Shown: positions 1 to 10,168 of the stretch, in pieces
How the letters are laid out: each line of letters begins with the position of its first letter
Numbering within the stretch: position 1 is the first letter of the stretch
Origin: an uncultured Verrucomicrobiae bacterium
GTDB taxonomy: Bacteria; Verrucomicrobiota; Verrucomicrobiia; Chthoniobacterales; Chthoniobacteraceae
NCBI GenBank assembly: GCA_963769025.1
Contig: CAVYKI010000009.1
Span: 320,001 to 384,000, forward strand
DNA length: 64,000 nt
Reading direction: 5' to 3'
Notes under the pieces: generated by a model
Databases searched by the model: none
What the model saw: the letters and a program-made list of their open reading frames with translations, nothing else
Told to the model about the DNA's origin: nothing
Made by a program: the position numbers and the translations under genes

Positions 1-1119
1 ACGAGCGCGTCGCGTACTTCTGCCCGGCGGTTTTCATTCCGGGAACGGAGATGAGCAGCGGCGCGTGCGTGTCGTTCTCGACGTTGCTGTGTTTGCACCA
101 GCCGGCGTGCTCGCCCGAGCTTCCAGCCGTGGTCGCCCCAGAGGACGATGATGGTTTTTTCCGCGAGCCCGAGCCGGTCGAGTTCATCGAGCACGCGGCC
201 GAACTGCGCGTCCATGTAGCTGATCGCCGCGTAGTAGCCGTGCTTGAGTTGACGCGCGAGATCGTCGGGAATCGGCCCGGCGGGGATGCCGTGATACGTG
301 CGCAACTCGCCGCCCGGCAGCACGGCGTAGTCGGGCGCGTCCTTCGGCTGGAACGGATTCGGCGCGAGCGCGATTTTCGCCGGGTCGTAGAGGTCCCAGT
401 ATTTCTTCGGCGCGACGAACGGCAGGTGCGGGCGGATGAAGCCGACGCCGAGCCAGAACGGCTGATCCTTTTTCGCGCAGTCGCGCAGTGCGGCGACGGC
501 CATGTCCGCGAGCGCGCCGTCGTGAAAGGTGTTGTCCGGCACGTCGGAACTCTCGAACGCCGGGCCGTAGTTGCGCACCTTTCCGCCGCCCTTCGGCGGC
601 GGCGCGCTCTTCGACGCCTCCACCTTCGCACTGCACGATCGCGTTGTTTTCCGGCAGTCCGTACGTGCCGTGGCCGCCTTTCGGGCGAAGTCCACGGCAC
701 GGACCACGATTGCGGATCATCGAAGCCGCCGTGGTAGAGCTTGCCCATGCCCTGCACGAAGTAGCCGTTCTGCTTGAAGTGCTGCGGCGAGCGTCACGAC
801 GTCCGGGATCGCCTTGCGGAAATGAGTGTCGAGATCCCACACCTTCGTCGTGTCCGGCCGCGTGCCGGTGAGCAGGCTCGACGCGCGAAGGCGAGCACAC
901 CGCCTGCTGGCAATACGCGCGGGTGAACGTCACGCCGCGCTTTGCCAGCCGGTCGAGATTTGGCGAGTGGATGTAGCTCGCGCCATAAGCGCCGAATTCG
1001 GGCCGCAGATCGTCCACGGCGACGAAGAGGACGTTTGGCTTGTCAGCCGCGGACGACTGGCCGCAGAGGATGAGGAGGAATGCGACGACGGATGATGGAA
1101 AAATGCGCGGAAGAGACAT
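1..1119 (-). CDS. Iduronate-2-sulfatase-like sulfatase; 3' end runs off the window; four apparent +1 frameshifts (~882, ~788, ~684, ~630)
   Basis: Signal peptide, [14 protein letters not shown] and CSPSR (CxPxR). Re-framing recovers [42 protein letters not shown] and [11 protein letters not shown]. Confidence 0.85.
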
Positions 1120-1249
1120 GGGGCGGGGAGGGGAGGAGGTGGGGAGGCGCGGAGGGGAATCGGACGGGGCGCTGGGGGCGAAACGATATGCAGGCGAAAA
1201 GTGGGCGTGAAGCTCGAAAGGGTTCGGAATGGTGTGGCGCCGCAGGGTG

Positions 1250-2965
1250 CTAGGGTCTCGGCAGGACGTTCGTGCGTTTTGCCCACGACTCCCATTTCGC
1301 GGACATCTGGTTCACGCGCGCGGCCTCCGACGCAGCGAGGTCGTTCATCTCCACGCGATCTGCGTCCATGTCGTAGAGTTCCCATGGCCCGGTGGCAACG
1401 GAGACGAGCTTCCACTTTCCCTCGCGGATCGCACGGTTGCCTTCGTGTTCCCACGCGAGGAATTCGCGTTCGATGGGCTGGCCGGCAAACGCGGAGACGA
1501 GGCTCCGTCCTTCGAGCGGGAGGATTTTGTTTCCATTCATTTCGGCGGGATATTTTGCGTCGGCAATATCGACGCACGTGGCCATGAGGTCGATGAGGTG
1601 GCCCGGTTGCGCACGAAATTCGCCCTTCGCCTTCACGCCAGACGGCCAGTGTGCGATGAGCGGCGTGCCGATGCCACCCTCGTGGCCGTAGTGCTTGTAG
1701 AGGCGCCAGGGCGTGTTGCACGCGTTGGCCCAGCCGGAGCCGTAGCTCGGGAACGTTCCCGGCGCGCCCATTTTCAGGAGTTCATCGCCGCGGTAGAGCC
1801 TGTTCGGCAGCGCCTGCGTGCCTTGGTTGATTCCGGTGCCGGGCTCGGGATTCTGCGTCGCCTGCATCTCGAAGCCGAACGGCTCCCACTCGGCGCATGC
1901 GCCGTTGTCGCTGAGGAAAAAGATGAGCGTGTTTTCGAACTGACCGCTGGCGCGCAGGTCTGCGAGCAGGCGCCCGATGTTGCGATCCATGCCCGTGACC
2001 ATGCCAGCATAGACGGCCATTCGCTGCGCGAGGTCCGCACGGCGGTCGGCGGGAAGCGAATCCCACGCGGGATTGCTGCCGTCATCGGTCCACGAGCCGA
2101 TCCGCTTGGAGGCGACGGGGTGGGGGATCTTGCTGCGCGGCGTGAGCGTTGTCGTTTCTGGCACGAGGCCGGTTTTTTTCTGCCGCGCGAGACGCTGTTC
2201 GCGGATTTCATCCCAGCCCTGCGCGTAGATTTCCGGGTAGCCGGCCATGTCTTCGCGTTTCGATTGCACGGGGAAATGCGGCGCCTGATAACCGACGTAG
2301 AGCAGCCACGGGGCGCCGGATTTTCGCATGTCGCCGAGGAAATCCAGCGCATGGTCGGTGATCGCGTCTGTGGCGAAGAATTCGCCGGGCGCGTAGCTGC
2401 GCTGCGGTTTGCCTGCGGGCAGGCGCGTCATCATCCGCGGCTCCCACGAGTCCACGCCGTATCCGCCTACGAATCCGTAGAAATCATCGAAGCCGCGCTT
2501 CGTGGGCGGTTCACTGTCGCCCACGTGCCACTTGCCGGCTGCGGCCGTGCGATAGCCGGCCGGTTTGAGCACCTGCGCAATCGTCACGCAGCTTGAATTC
2601 AGCGCGCCTCGGTAGCCGGGGAATGCCTCGCCCTTGTCGCCCGCGCCGGGAAATTTCGCCGCCCTGTCGGAGGTCATCAGCCCGACGCCGGCCTGGTGCG
2701 GATAGAGGCCCGTGAGCAGCGACGCGCGCGAGGGACAGCATCGCGTGGAGGTGTAGAATCGCGTGAAGCGCAGCCCGCCCGAGGCGAGCGAGTCAAGGTG
2801 CGGCGTGCGGATTTCGCCACCGTAGCTGCCGAGGTCCGACCAGCCGAGGTCGTCGGCGAGGATGATTAGGATGTTCGGCTTCGTCCGTTCCACCGCGGAC
2901 GAGCGAGGCGGCGCGAGGAAGGAGGATAGCAGGACGAGGGCGAGGAGGAACGTTTTCACCGTCAT
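1250..2965 (-). CDS. Arylsulfatase (Cys-type, secreted)
   Basis: [49 protein letters not shown]. Start moved to MTVKTF (signal peptide). Confidence 0.92.
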   Translation of the reverse strand: MTVKTFLLALVLLSSFLAPPRSSAVERTKPNILIILADDLGWSDLGSYGGEIRTPHLDSLASGGLRFTRFYTSTRCCPSRASLLTGLYPHQAGVGLMTSDRAAKFPGAGDKGEAFPGYRGALNSSCVTIAQVLKPAGYRTAAAGKWHVGDSEPPTKRGFDDFYGFVGGYGVDSWEPRMMTRLPAGKPQRSYAPGEFFATDAITDHALDFLGDMRKSGAPWLLYVGYQAPHFPVQSKREDMAGYPEIYAQGWDEIREQRLARQKKTGLVPETTTLTPRSKIPHPVASKRIGSWTDDGSNPAWDSLPADRRADLAQRMAVYAGMVTGMDRNIGRLLADLRASGQFENTLIFFLSDNGACAEWEPFGFEMQATQNPEPGTGINQGTQALPNRLYRGDELLKMGAPGTFPSYGSGWANACNTPWRLYKHYGHEGGIGTPLIAHWPSGVKAKGEFRAQPGHLIDLMATCVDIADAKYPAEMNGNKILPLEGRSLVSAFAGQPIEREFLAWEHEGNRAIREGKWKLVSVATGPWELYDMDADRVEMNDLAASEAARVNQMSAKWESWAKRTNVLPRP

Positions 2966-3172
2966 GCAACCACGTTGAGCGGCGAATTTCGGACATTGCC
3001 AGTGCGAAAAACCACGAGCCGGCCGGCGTTCCGATGGTGACACCTTCATCGCCCCGTGCCGGGCTTCGCGAAGCTGAGGTGCAGGCGTGGGGCAACAATC
3101 TGCCGCAAAACGGCGGTTTATTTATCAAACCTCTTGCATCGCTGTGGAATCCCGCTAGCCATCCCGCCCTCT

Positions 3173-3598
3173 ATGGAACTCCTCGTTGCTACCCTCGCTG
3201 ACACAGCCGTCGAAAACCAAGGCAAACTGAACGTGCTTGGCGCGTTCGATGCCGTGATTGCGCAAAGCTTCCCCGCGAACTTTGCCTACACGCTTGTCCT
3301 GCGTTTCTCGTTCACTGCCGAAGACCACGGCGCCCACACGTTCTCCATCCGTCTCACGGACGATTCCGGTGATGCCGGCGATCAGGCACCGAAAGAGGCG
3401 GAACTGCAGGTGAACATGCCTCCGGGGACCAAGGGCTTCTCGACGCAGAACATGATCCAGCCGTTGCAGGGCAGCGTGCAGAAGGCCGGCAATTATCACT
3501 TCGCCGTCTTCTTCGACGGAAAGGTGCTCGCCCGGATCCCCTTCCGCGTCATCAGCCAGGCCGAACTCACCCAGACCGCCGGCCAGCCCGCCGCGTAG
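3173..3598 (+). CDS. Conserved hypothetical protein (DUF6941-like)
   Basis: MELLVATLAD...GKLNVLGAFD N-terminus resembles this family; followed by a terminator. Confidence 0.65.
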   Translation: MELLVATLADTAVENQGKLNVLGAFDAVIAQSFPANFAYTLVLRFSFTAEDHGAHTFSIRLTDDSGDAGDQAPKEAELQVNMPPGTKGFSTQNMIQPLQGSVQKAGNYHFAVFFDGKVLARIPFRVISQAELTQTAGQPAA

Positions 3599-3629
3599 TC
3601 GTCTTTCCACCTCAACCTCAAATCTCCCT

Positions 3630-3670
3630 CAAGCCTGCCCCGGCCACGTGCCGCGGCAGGCTTGTCTTTT
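3630..3670 (+). terminator. Intrinsic terminator
   Basis: CAAGCCTGCC...GGCAGGCTTG stem followed by TCTTTT, just after the 3598 stop. Confidence 0.65.
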
Positions 3671-3760
3671 ATGGGGCAAAATGCGGTGCGGTCCTCGCTT
3701 TGCGGTCCGCTGGAAACGGCCGTTTCTGATGGGCGGCGTTTGTGCCAAGCTGCGTAACGA

Positions 3761-4849
3761 TTGAACCCCGTGCCCCGCGTCATTTTCCATGTCGATATGG
3801 ATGCGTTCTTCGCCTCGGTCGAGCAACGCGACCACCCGGAGTATCGAGGCAAACCGCTGATCGTCGGCTCTCCTCCCGACCAGCGTGGCGTGGTCTGCGC
3901 GGCGAGCTACGAGGCGAGGAAATTCAAGGTGCGTTCCGCGATGCCATCGCGGACGGCCGGGAAACTCTGCCCGCACGGCATCTTCGTGCGACCGCGGATG
4001 GATGTGTACCGCGCGGAGTCGGGATTCATCATGGAGATCCTGCGCAGCTTCACCCCGGTGATTGAGCGGGTCTCCGTGGACGAGGCCTATCTCGATCTCA
4101 GCGGCGCGTTTGAAAACCACGGCGATGCTGACACTGCGCTGGAAGCGGCGGTCCCGGTGGCGCAGGAAATCAGGCGCAGGATCGCAGCGGAACGACATCT
4201 GACGGCCAGCATCGGCGTCGCCTCAAACAAGTTCCTCGCGAAGCTCGGCAGCGATTTCGAAAAGCCCGACGGGCTCACGCTGATCTCGGAGCGGGACAAG
4301 GTGGATTTTCTGAAACCGCTGTCCGTCCGCTCGATTCACGGAGTGGGCCCGGTCACGGCGGTGGCGCTCGAAGCCGCAGGACTGAAGACCATCGGCGACC
4401 TCCAGACGACCGCCGTCGATCTGCGCGGCCTCGTTGGGTCCTTTGCGGAGAGCCTGAAAAGGCGGGCCTTCGGTGATGATGACCGCGCGCTCGATACGAG
4501 CGACGAGCGCAAGAGCATCAGCGCCGAGAACACCTTCCTTGAAGACACCGACGATCGGCCCACCTTGCGGGCGGCACTCCGGGAGATGGCTGCCGATGTC
4601 GCACAGAGCCTGGAGAAGCATGGGCTCGGTGCGCTGACCATCCAGGTGAAGGTCCGCTACAGCGACTTCACGACGCTCACCCGGCAGATCCGGCTCGAGG
4701 AGCCGGTGACCGCGGCGAAGCAGATCTATTGGCTCGCCCAGTTTCTCCTCGCGCGGCATCGCCTCGTGAAGAGCCCGCTCCGGCTGATCGGCATCGGCGT
4801 CTCCACGCTGGTGTCACCGGCAGGGCATCAGCTCTTGCTCCCGATTTGA
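3761..4849 (+). CDS. dinB: DNA polymerase IV (Y-family)
   Basis: HVDMDAFFASVE, AASYEAR, SVDEAYLD, NKFLAK..SD..KPDG and a little-finger domain; start may be GTG 3770. Confidence 0.95.
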   Translation: MNPVPRVIFHVDMDAFFASVEQRDHPEYRGKPLIVGSPPDQRGVVCAASYEARKFKVRSAMPSRTAGKLCPHGIFVRPRMDVYRAESGFIMEILRSFTPVIERVSVDEAYLDLSGAFENHGDADTALEAAVPVAQEIRRRIAAERHLTASIGVASNKFLAKLGSDFEKPDGLTLISERDKVDFLKPLSVRSIHGVGPVTAVALEAAGLKTIGDLQTTAVDLRGLVGSFAESLKRRAFGDDDRALDTSDERKSISAENTFLEDTDDRPTLRAALREMAADVAQSLEKHGLGALTIQVKVRYSDFTTLTRQIRLEEPVTAAKQIYWLAQFLLARHRLVKSPLRLIGIGVSTLVSPAGHQLLLPI

Positions 4850-4897
4850 AAGACCCGGAGCGCAGCGATGCCGCCATGTGCAACGGGCGGGCCGTCG

Positions 4898-5017
4898 TTA
4901 TTTGTGGTAGCCCGTGGTCGTGGTGGTGGAACTCGTCGTCGTGTGCGAATCGCGGCACGCGCAGGAACTGAAGGCGAGGGCCGCGACGACGAGGAGGAGT
5001 GTGGAGATGATTTTCAT
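4898..5017 (-). CDS. 39-aa small lipoprotein
   Basis: MKIISTLLLVVAALAFSSC-ACRDSHTTTSSTTTTTGYHK: basic N-terminus, hydrophobic core, lipobox-like FSSC; fills an intergenic gap. Confidence 0.6.
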   Translation of the reverse strand: MKIISTLLLVVAALAFSSCACRDSHTTTSSTTTTTGYHK

Positions 5018-5094
5018 ACAAAGAATCATCGGCTGCCGATGCATTCCGAGTGTATGAATTTTTCGCAGCGCGGCTCCCCGCGCACGTTTTGCCG

Positions 5095-5430
5095 ATGGGT
5101 AAAGCCGACCACCACCACCATAACGTTTACGTGATCCTGCTCGATGCGACCGTGGCGAAGCATCCCTCCGTGCTCCGGCTGAATCCAAACCGGGATGCGT
5201 CGAAACCGTGTCTCTACGTCGGGATGACGGGGCTGCCCGTGGAGCATCGGTTCGAAAACCACAAGCACGGATACAAGGCCGCGTGGACCGTGGAAAAGTA
5301 TGGCATCCGGCTGATGCCGGAGTTTTTCGAGCACCTGAATCCGATGCCATTTGAAGCAGCAGCCCAGATGGAAAAGGACCTCGCCGAGGATCTGCGCGGA
5401 CAGGGTTATACGGTGACGGGCGGAACGTAG
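5095..5430 (+). CDS. Small GIY-YIG-like protein
   Basis: NVY...CLYVGMTG...HRFENH...QMEK matches the GIY-YIG motif order (Y, YxG, R, H, E). Confidence 0.7.
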   Translation: MGKADHHHHNVYVILLDATVAKHPSVLRLNPNRDASKPCLYVGMTGLPVEHRFENHKHGYKAAWTVEKYGIRLMPEFFEHLNPMPFEAAAQMEKDLAEDLRGQGYTVTGGT

Positions 5431-5526
5431 CGACGCGGGTATGTGAGGTTGCACGTGCGGGATCGGACCGGCTGGCGTTCCTGATCCTTGACACGCGACA
5501 TCGGGCACGACTAGGACGGCAATCCC

Positions 5527-7521
5527 ATGGCTGAGCAGGTTGCAAAATTTTCAACGGAAGGTGATGCGGGTGACCCGGGTCCGGCAATCGGGTGGCGGGC
5601 GTTGGGCGTCGCAGCCGCGTTTCTGCCATTCATCGCGATCCTGTGTTTCGGCGTGCCGTCGTGGTTTCCGTGGGCGCTGGCCCTGGATACCGGCACCGCC
5701 ATCGAGTACGGGACGCGCGGATACGACCCTCAGTGGAATTTCGCCGGTCGGCTCACGTGGTCACTTCTGATTTGTTGCGGCGTGGTCGCCGTGATGCGCC
5801 GGCGTGGTTGGGCCGCGACATTGGTGGCGCTCGCGATCCTGCTGGCCGGGCTGGCTGTCCCGCAGGCCTGTCTTTGGACCACCGGCTACAGCAAATACAC
5901 GATGCTCGGCGGCACCGTTCCGTTCACGGACGCCGCGGGATACCTCGATAACGCGAGTCGCATGGTCGAGAACCAGCGCATCGCTTACAGTTTTGCGGAT
6001 CGACCGATGTTTCCGGCGTTTGTGTCGAGCATCTTTCAGTTCACCGGAATCAGCCTGAGGCCCGTGTTCGCCATTCTGCTCGCGTTTGCCGGAGTCGGGA
6101 TGTTCCTCGCTGCGCGTGAAATGGCCGTGCGTTTCGGAGCAGTCGCCGCAGCCTGCTTCCTGTTCGTCATCTACGTGTACTACAACCGGTACGTGGGAAC
6201 GCTGATGACGGAACATCTGGGCCTGATGCTCAGCCTGTATGCCTTCGCATTGCTGCTGCGTGGGCTTTTCGAGCGCGGCCGGGTCGCTTGGTTTGCCGGG
6301 TTGTTCTTCCTGTCTGCGGCGCTGTGGGCGCGCGTCGGGGCGCTCTTTGTCCTGCCGGCGCTCTGCATTTTCACGGCGATTCATTTCCGGAAATCGGGAA
6401 GATTTTCTCCGGCGATGTTCGTCGCGGCCATCGCCGTGATGTTGGTCCCGATGGGCCTGAACCGTGTCCTCTTCCTCCGTGTGTATGACCCGGCGACGCG
6501 GCCTCAGTCGCATTTCAACTATGTCGCATACGGTCTCCTGCGCGGGACCAGTTCCGCGGAGGCACTGAGTGTGTACGGCACGGACGGCGCGAAACTCAGC
6601 GCGGCGACATGGGAGCTGTTCCGCGAAAAGCCGCATCGTGCATTGAGGGCGATCCGAAGGACCTTGTACGAGTTCTTCACGGGCGAGATGCCCTTCAGCT
6701 TCACAGGGCCGTACGTCGCGCGTCTGCTTTTATACGCTTTCCTCTTTGCGATCGCCCTTGGATTCGCGCGGGCCACCCGCAGCGCGTACGATGGCTTTTC
6801 CCTGACGCTGGCTGGCGGGATCATCGCCTCCGTGCCGTTCGCGCCGCCCGTGGAATGCGACATCATGCGAATCTACGCGGCCACGATGCCCTTGCAGGCG
6901 TGCCTCGCCGCCACCGGTGTCGCAGCCCTCGTCCGGCTGGTCGCGCCCGCGTTCCGCGGGGATCCATCGCGCCCGGTCCGGCTCATCGAGAGCAATGCTC
7001 CCGACAGCTGCCAGTCCGGGTACGCCATGGGTGCCGCGGGCCTCGTGCTGCTCCTGGTATTCGGGCTTCCGCTCGGCCGATCATTTTTCACCCGGGAATC
7101 CACAGGTCGCGTGTCCTTGTTTGAAATGGCCCGGGCGCAGGATTCGCGAGGGCTCGCGATTCATCTGGTGGCGGATGATGCTCCGCGTCCGCGCGTCCCG
7201 ACGTTTCGGGTCGACGACTTCCGCCGCAGTCTCTACGGATTCGGAACGGGGTACTTCCAAAAGGAGGCCGACTGGCTTGCCCGGCTTCCCGCCGGCACGA
7301 GCGTCGTCTCCGGCGGCGCGGCAGGCCTCATCATCATTCCCACGGAGAAGCTTCGCCGCAGCGACAGCCGGGCGGAATTCGATGCGACCTACGAAGGCTT
7401 CATGATGCTCCAACTGGATCGGGACGTCGTTCCGGCCGCTGCCAAAAAGCCCGCGACCGTCCCTGCGGACGAGCGCCGCGATGCGCCCGCGCTGCAGGGG
7501 GAAAAAATGGACGCGGGCTGA
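5527..7521 (+). CDS. Polytopic membrane protein, GT-C-fold glycosyltransferase-like
   Basis: More than 12 hydrophobic segments; loop motifs DAAGY, RPMFP, LMTE typical of GT-C/PMT-like proteins. Confidence 0.6.
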   Translation: MAEQVAKFSTEGDAGDPGPAIGWRALGVAAAFLPFIAILCFGVPSWFPWALALDTGTAIEYGTRGYDPQWNFAGRLTWSLLICCGVVAVMRRRGWAATLVALAILLAGLAVPQACLWTTGYSKYTMLGGTVPFTDAAGYLDNASRMVENQRIAYSFADRPMFPAFVSSIFQFTGISLRPVFAILLAFAGVGMFLAAREMAVRFGAVAAACFLFVIYVYYNRYVGTLMTEHLGLMLSLYAFALLLRGLFERGRVAWFAGLFFLSAALWARVGALFVLPALCIFTAIHFRKSGRFSPAMFVAAIAVMLVPMGLNRVLFLRVYDPATRPQSHFNYVAYGLLRGTSSAEALSVYGTDGAKLSAATWELFREKPHRALRAIRRTLYEFFTGEMPFSFTGPYVARLLLYAFLFAIALGFARATRSAYDGFSLTLAGGIIASVPFAPPVECDIMRIYAATMPLQACLAATGVAALVRLVAPAFRGDPSRPVRLIESNAPDSCQSGYAMGAAGLVLLLVFGLPLGRSFFTRESTGRVSLFEMARAQDSRGLAIHLVADDAPRPRVPTFRVDDFRRSLYGFGTGYFQKEADWLARLPAGTSVVSGGAAGLIIIPTEKLRRSDSRAEFDATYEGFMMLQLDRDVVPAAAKKPATVPADERRDAPALQGEKMDAG

Positions 7522-7611
7522 AGCTGCCGTTCGCTGGTTGCCACGGATCGGCGAGAGCCGAGTACGCCACCGCACGCTCTAACGGGCAATCGCTCCTCCG
7601 GTTATCCTTCC

Positions 7612-9033
7612 ATGAGTTCGCCCCTGTTCCGTCCCCCGATGAACCGCCGCGCATTCCTCAGCGCATCCGCGATGGGGCTGGCGGGACTGCACTGTTCCTC
7701 CGCACTTGCTGCGGTTCCCTCCGCGGGCGCGCTGCGCAAGCCGGCAAAATCCACGATCCTCTTTTTCCTCTGCGGCGGCGCGTCGCACATCGACATGTGG
7801 GACATGAAGCCCGAGGCGCCGATCGAATATCGCGGTGAGTTCCAGCCGATCCGCACGAGCGCGCCGGACATCCATCTCTGCGAACACCTCCCGATGCTTG
7901 CGAAGCAGGCACACAACTTTTCCCTCGTGCATGGCATCACGGATTTCGGGCGCGCGACGGGCGATCACCACGCGGGCTATTACTATAACCTCACCGGCCA
8001 CACGCCCGACCAGACCTTCAAGCAGCAGGGCAACGACCGCCGCCCGTATCCCGACGACTGGCCGTACATGGGCTGCGTCGTCGGTTCGCGTCGGCCGCCG
8101 CATGCGAAGCTGCCGAATGTCATCTCGCTCCCGCACAAGCCGAGCAAGCTGCCCTTCACGCGGCCCGGCCAGTTCGCCGGGCGGCTCGGAATGGAGCACG
8201 ATCCGTTTTACCTCACCGGCGACTTCGACCATCCGCTGAACTTCTCCGCGCCCACGCTCACGATGGAGCAGGGCATGAGCGCCGGCCGCATGGACTCGCG
8301 CCGCGAACTTCTCCGCGCGCTCGACGATGCGCGCCGCCATCTCGACCACGAGGCGCAGGCAAAGAACTACGCGCGGCAGCAGGAAAAGGCGTTCGCCCTT
8401 CTCTCATCGAGCGCCACGACCGGCGCGTTCGACATCGCGAAGGAACCCGCATCCGTGCGCGAGCGCTACGGTGACACGATCAACGGCACCAGCCTCCTCA
8501 TGGCGCGCAGGCTCGTGCAGGCAGGCGTGCCGTTCGTCACGGTTTTTTGGAAGGAGGACGAACGCATCGCCAAGCAGTGCAAGAGCGCAGGCGGCTGGGA
8601 CACGCATGGTGACAATTTCAACTGCCTCAAAAACTTTCTCCTCCCGCAGTTCGACCGCGCCTTCTCCGCGCTCATGGAAGACCTGTCCTCCAGCGGGCTG
8701 CTCGACGACACGCTCGTGCTCGTGACCAGCGAGATGGGGCGCAAGCCGCAAGTCGGCGACCGGCGCTCGGGCGGCACCGTCGGCGCGGGCCGCGATCATT
8801 GGACGGCCTGCATGAGCGTGCTCATGGCCGGTGGCGGCATCCAGGGCGGCCGTGAAGTCGGCGCCACCGACGCGCGTGCGGAATATCCCAAGCAACGCCC
8901 CATCGATCCCGCCGACGTCGTGAAGACCGTCTATCACGCCATGGGCATCACCGATCTCGAAGCCACCGATCCCCTCGGCCGCCCCTACAATCTACTCGAG
9001 GAAGGCAAGCCGCTGACGGAACTCTTCGGCTGA
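7612..9033 (+). CDS. DUF1501 domain protein (Tat signal)
   Basis: NRRAFL Tat motif, GGASHIDMWDMKP, GWDTH, SEMGRKP, GRDHW. Confidence 0.9.
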   Translation: MSSPLFRPPMNRRAFLSASAMGLAGLHCSSALAAVPSAGALRKPAKSTILFFLCGGASHIDMWDMKPEAPIEYRGEFQPIRTSAPDIHLCEHLPMLAKQAHNFSLVHGITDFGRATGDHHAGYYYNLTGHTPDQTFKQQGNDRRPYPDDWPYMGCVVGSRRPPHAKLPNVISLPHKPSKLPFTRPGQFAGRLGMEHDPFYLTGDFDHPLNFSAPTLTMEQGMSAGRMDSRRELLRALDDARRHLDHEAQAKNYARQQEKAFALLSSSATTGAFDIAKEPASVRERYGDTINGTSLLMARRLVQAGVPFVTVFWKEDERIAKQCKSAGGWDTHGDNFNCLKNFLLPQFDRAFSALMEDLSSSGLLDDTLVLVTSEMGRKPQVGDRRSGGTVGAGRDHWTACMSVLMAGGGIQGGREVGATDARAEYPKQRPIDPADVVKTVYHAMGITDLEATDPLGRPYNLLEEGKPLTELFG

Positions 9034-9149
9034 GAAAAACGCCGAAGTCTTGTCCGCGGACACCGGGCGCGACGATCCGCGATGGTGCCGCAGAGGCAAA
9101 GGCGGATTTCTCTCCGTCGGGAAATCGGTGCCACGGAGCGAGACGCCTG

Positions 9150-9178
9150 TTGCAGTCCGCGGCCCAAGCCAGTAGATG
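9150..9178 (+). promoter_or_regulatory. Putative sigma-70 leaderless promoter of hflK
   Basis: TTGCAG-N17-TAGATG-N6-ATG(9185). Confidence 0.45.
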
Positions 9179-9184
9179 CAGCGG

Positions 9185-10168
9185 ATGGCATACAACGAAC
9201 CCCGCACCATTGTGGTGCAATTCCCGCCGCATCTTGCGAAGTGGGTCCCCATCCTTCCATTTGCTGTCCTCGCGCTGTGGCTCGGTTTGACGAGTTGGTA
9301 CACGATTCCCGCCGAGTCGGTCGGCGTCGTCCTGCGCTTCGGACAGTTCGATACGATTCGCGAACCGGGGCTTCATTTCAAGGTTCCGTTCGGGGTGGAT
9401 GAAGTCATTCCGGTCGCGGTGAAGCGGCAGCTCAAGATGGAGTTTGGTTTCGGCACGTCGGGCGCGTTGAATTCCCGGCAGTTCACCGAGGAGCAGGACC
9501 GCGAGAAGAATATGGTCACCGGCGACCTGAACACGGCGCTCGTCGAGTGGGTCGTGCAGTATCGCCTCGATGAGCCGAAGCTCTTCCTCTTCCGGGTGCG
9601 CAATCCCGAGGAGACCCTGCGCGACCTTTCCGAGTCCATCATGCGCGAGATCATCGGCGACCGGACGGTGGACGAAGTCATCACCGTCGGCCGGCAGGAC
9701 ATCGAGAACAGTTCGCTCGTGCGGCTGCGCGAGGTGTCGAAGGAATTCCAGCTCGGCATCATGGTGGATCAGGTGCAGCTCAAGAATATCAACCCGCCGC
9801 GCGAGGTGCAGGCGTCATTTAACGAAGTCAACAAGGCAAAGCAGGATCGCGAAAACATGATGAACATCGCCAACGGTGAATATAACAAGGTCGTCCCCCG
9901 TGCCCGCGGCGAGGCTGAGCAGAAGGTCAGCGTCGCCGAGGGCTACCAGCTCAAGCGCGTGAACGAGGCGCTCGGCGATGTGTCGGCCTTCAACGCCGTG
10001 CTGGCCGAGTACCTGAAGGCACCCGACGTCACGCGAACGCGAATTTACCTCGAAACCATGGCCGAGGTGCTCCCGCAGGTCCGGGACCGGGTGATCGTGG
10101 ACGACAAGATCACGCAATTGCTGCCGATGCTTCCCGGGACGGGTCGCGCTGGGGAGGCACGGAAATGA
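9185..10168 (+). CDS. hflK: FtsH protease modulator HflK (SPFH domain)
   Basis: One TM segment, GVVLRFG, PGLHFKVPFGVD, MVTGDLN, PP.EVQASFNEV, TRIYLETM. Confidence 0.92.
   Translation: MAYNEPRTIVVQFPPHLAKWVPILPFAVLALWLGLTSWYTIPAESVGVVLRFGQFDTIREPGLHFKVPFGVDEVIPVAVKRQLKMEFGFGTSGALNSRQFTEEQDREKNMVTGDLNTALVEWVVQYRLDEPKLFLFRVRNPEETLRDLSESIMREIIGDRTVDEVITVGRQDIENSSLVRLREVSKEFQLGIMVDQVQLKNINPPREVQASFNEVNKAKQDRENMMNIANGEYNKVVPRARGEAEQKVSVAEGYQLKRVNEALGDVSAFNAVLAEYLKAPDVTRTRIYLETMAEVLPQVRDRVIVDDKITQLLPMLPGTGRAGEARK

Noticed and set aside
3733..3748. Minus-strand TGGCAC-N5-CCGC sigma-54-like site
   Set aside because: Poor -12 element and no minus-strand terminator or ORF downstream
3670..3770. LexA box upstream of dinB
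   Set aside because: No TGTTC-N4-GAACA-like (Verrucomicrobia-type) or other clear palindrome seen
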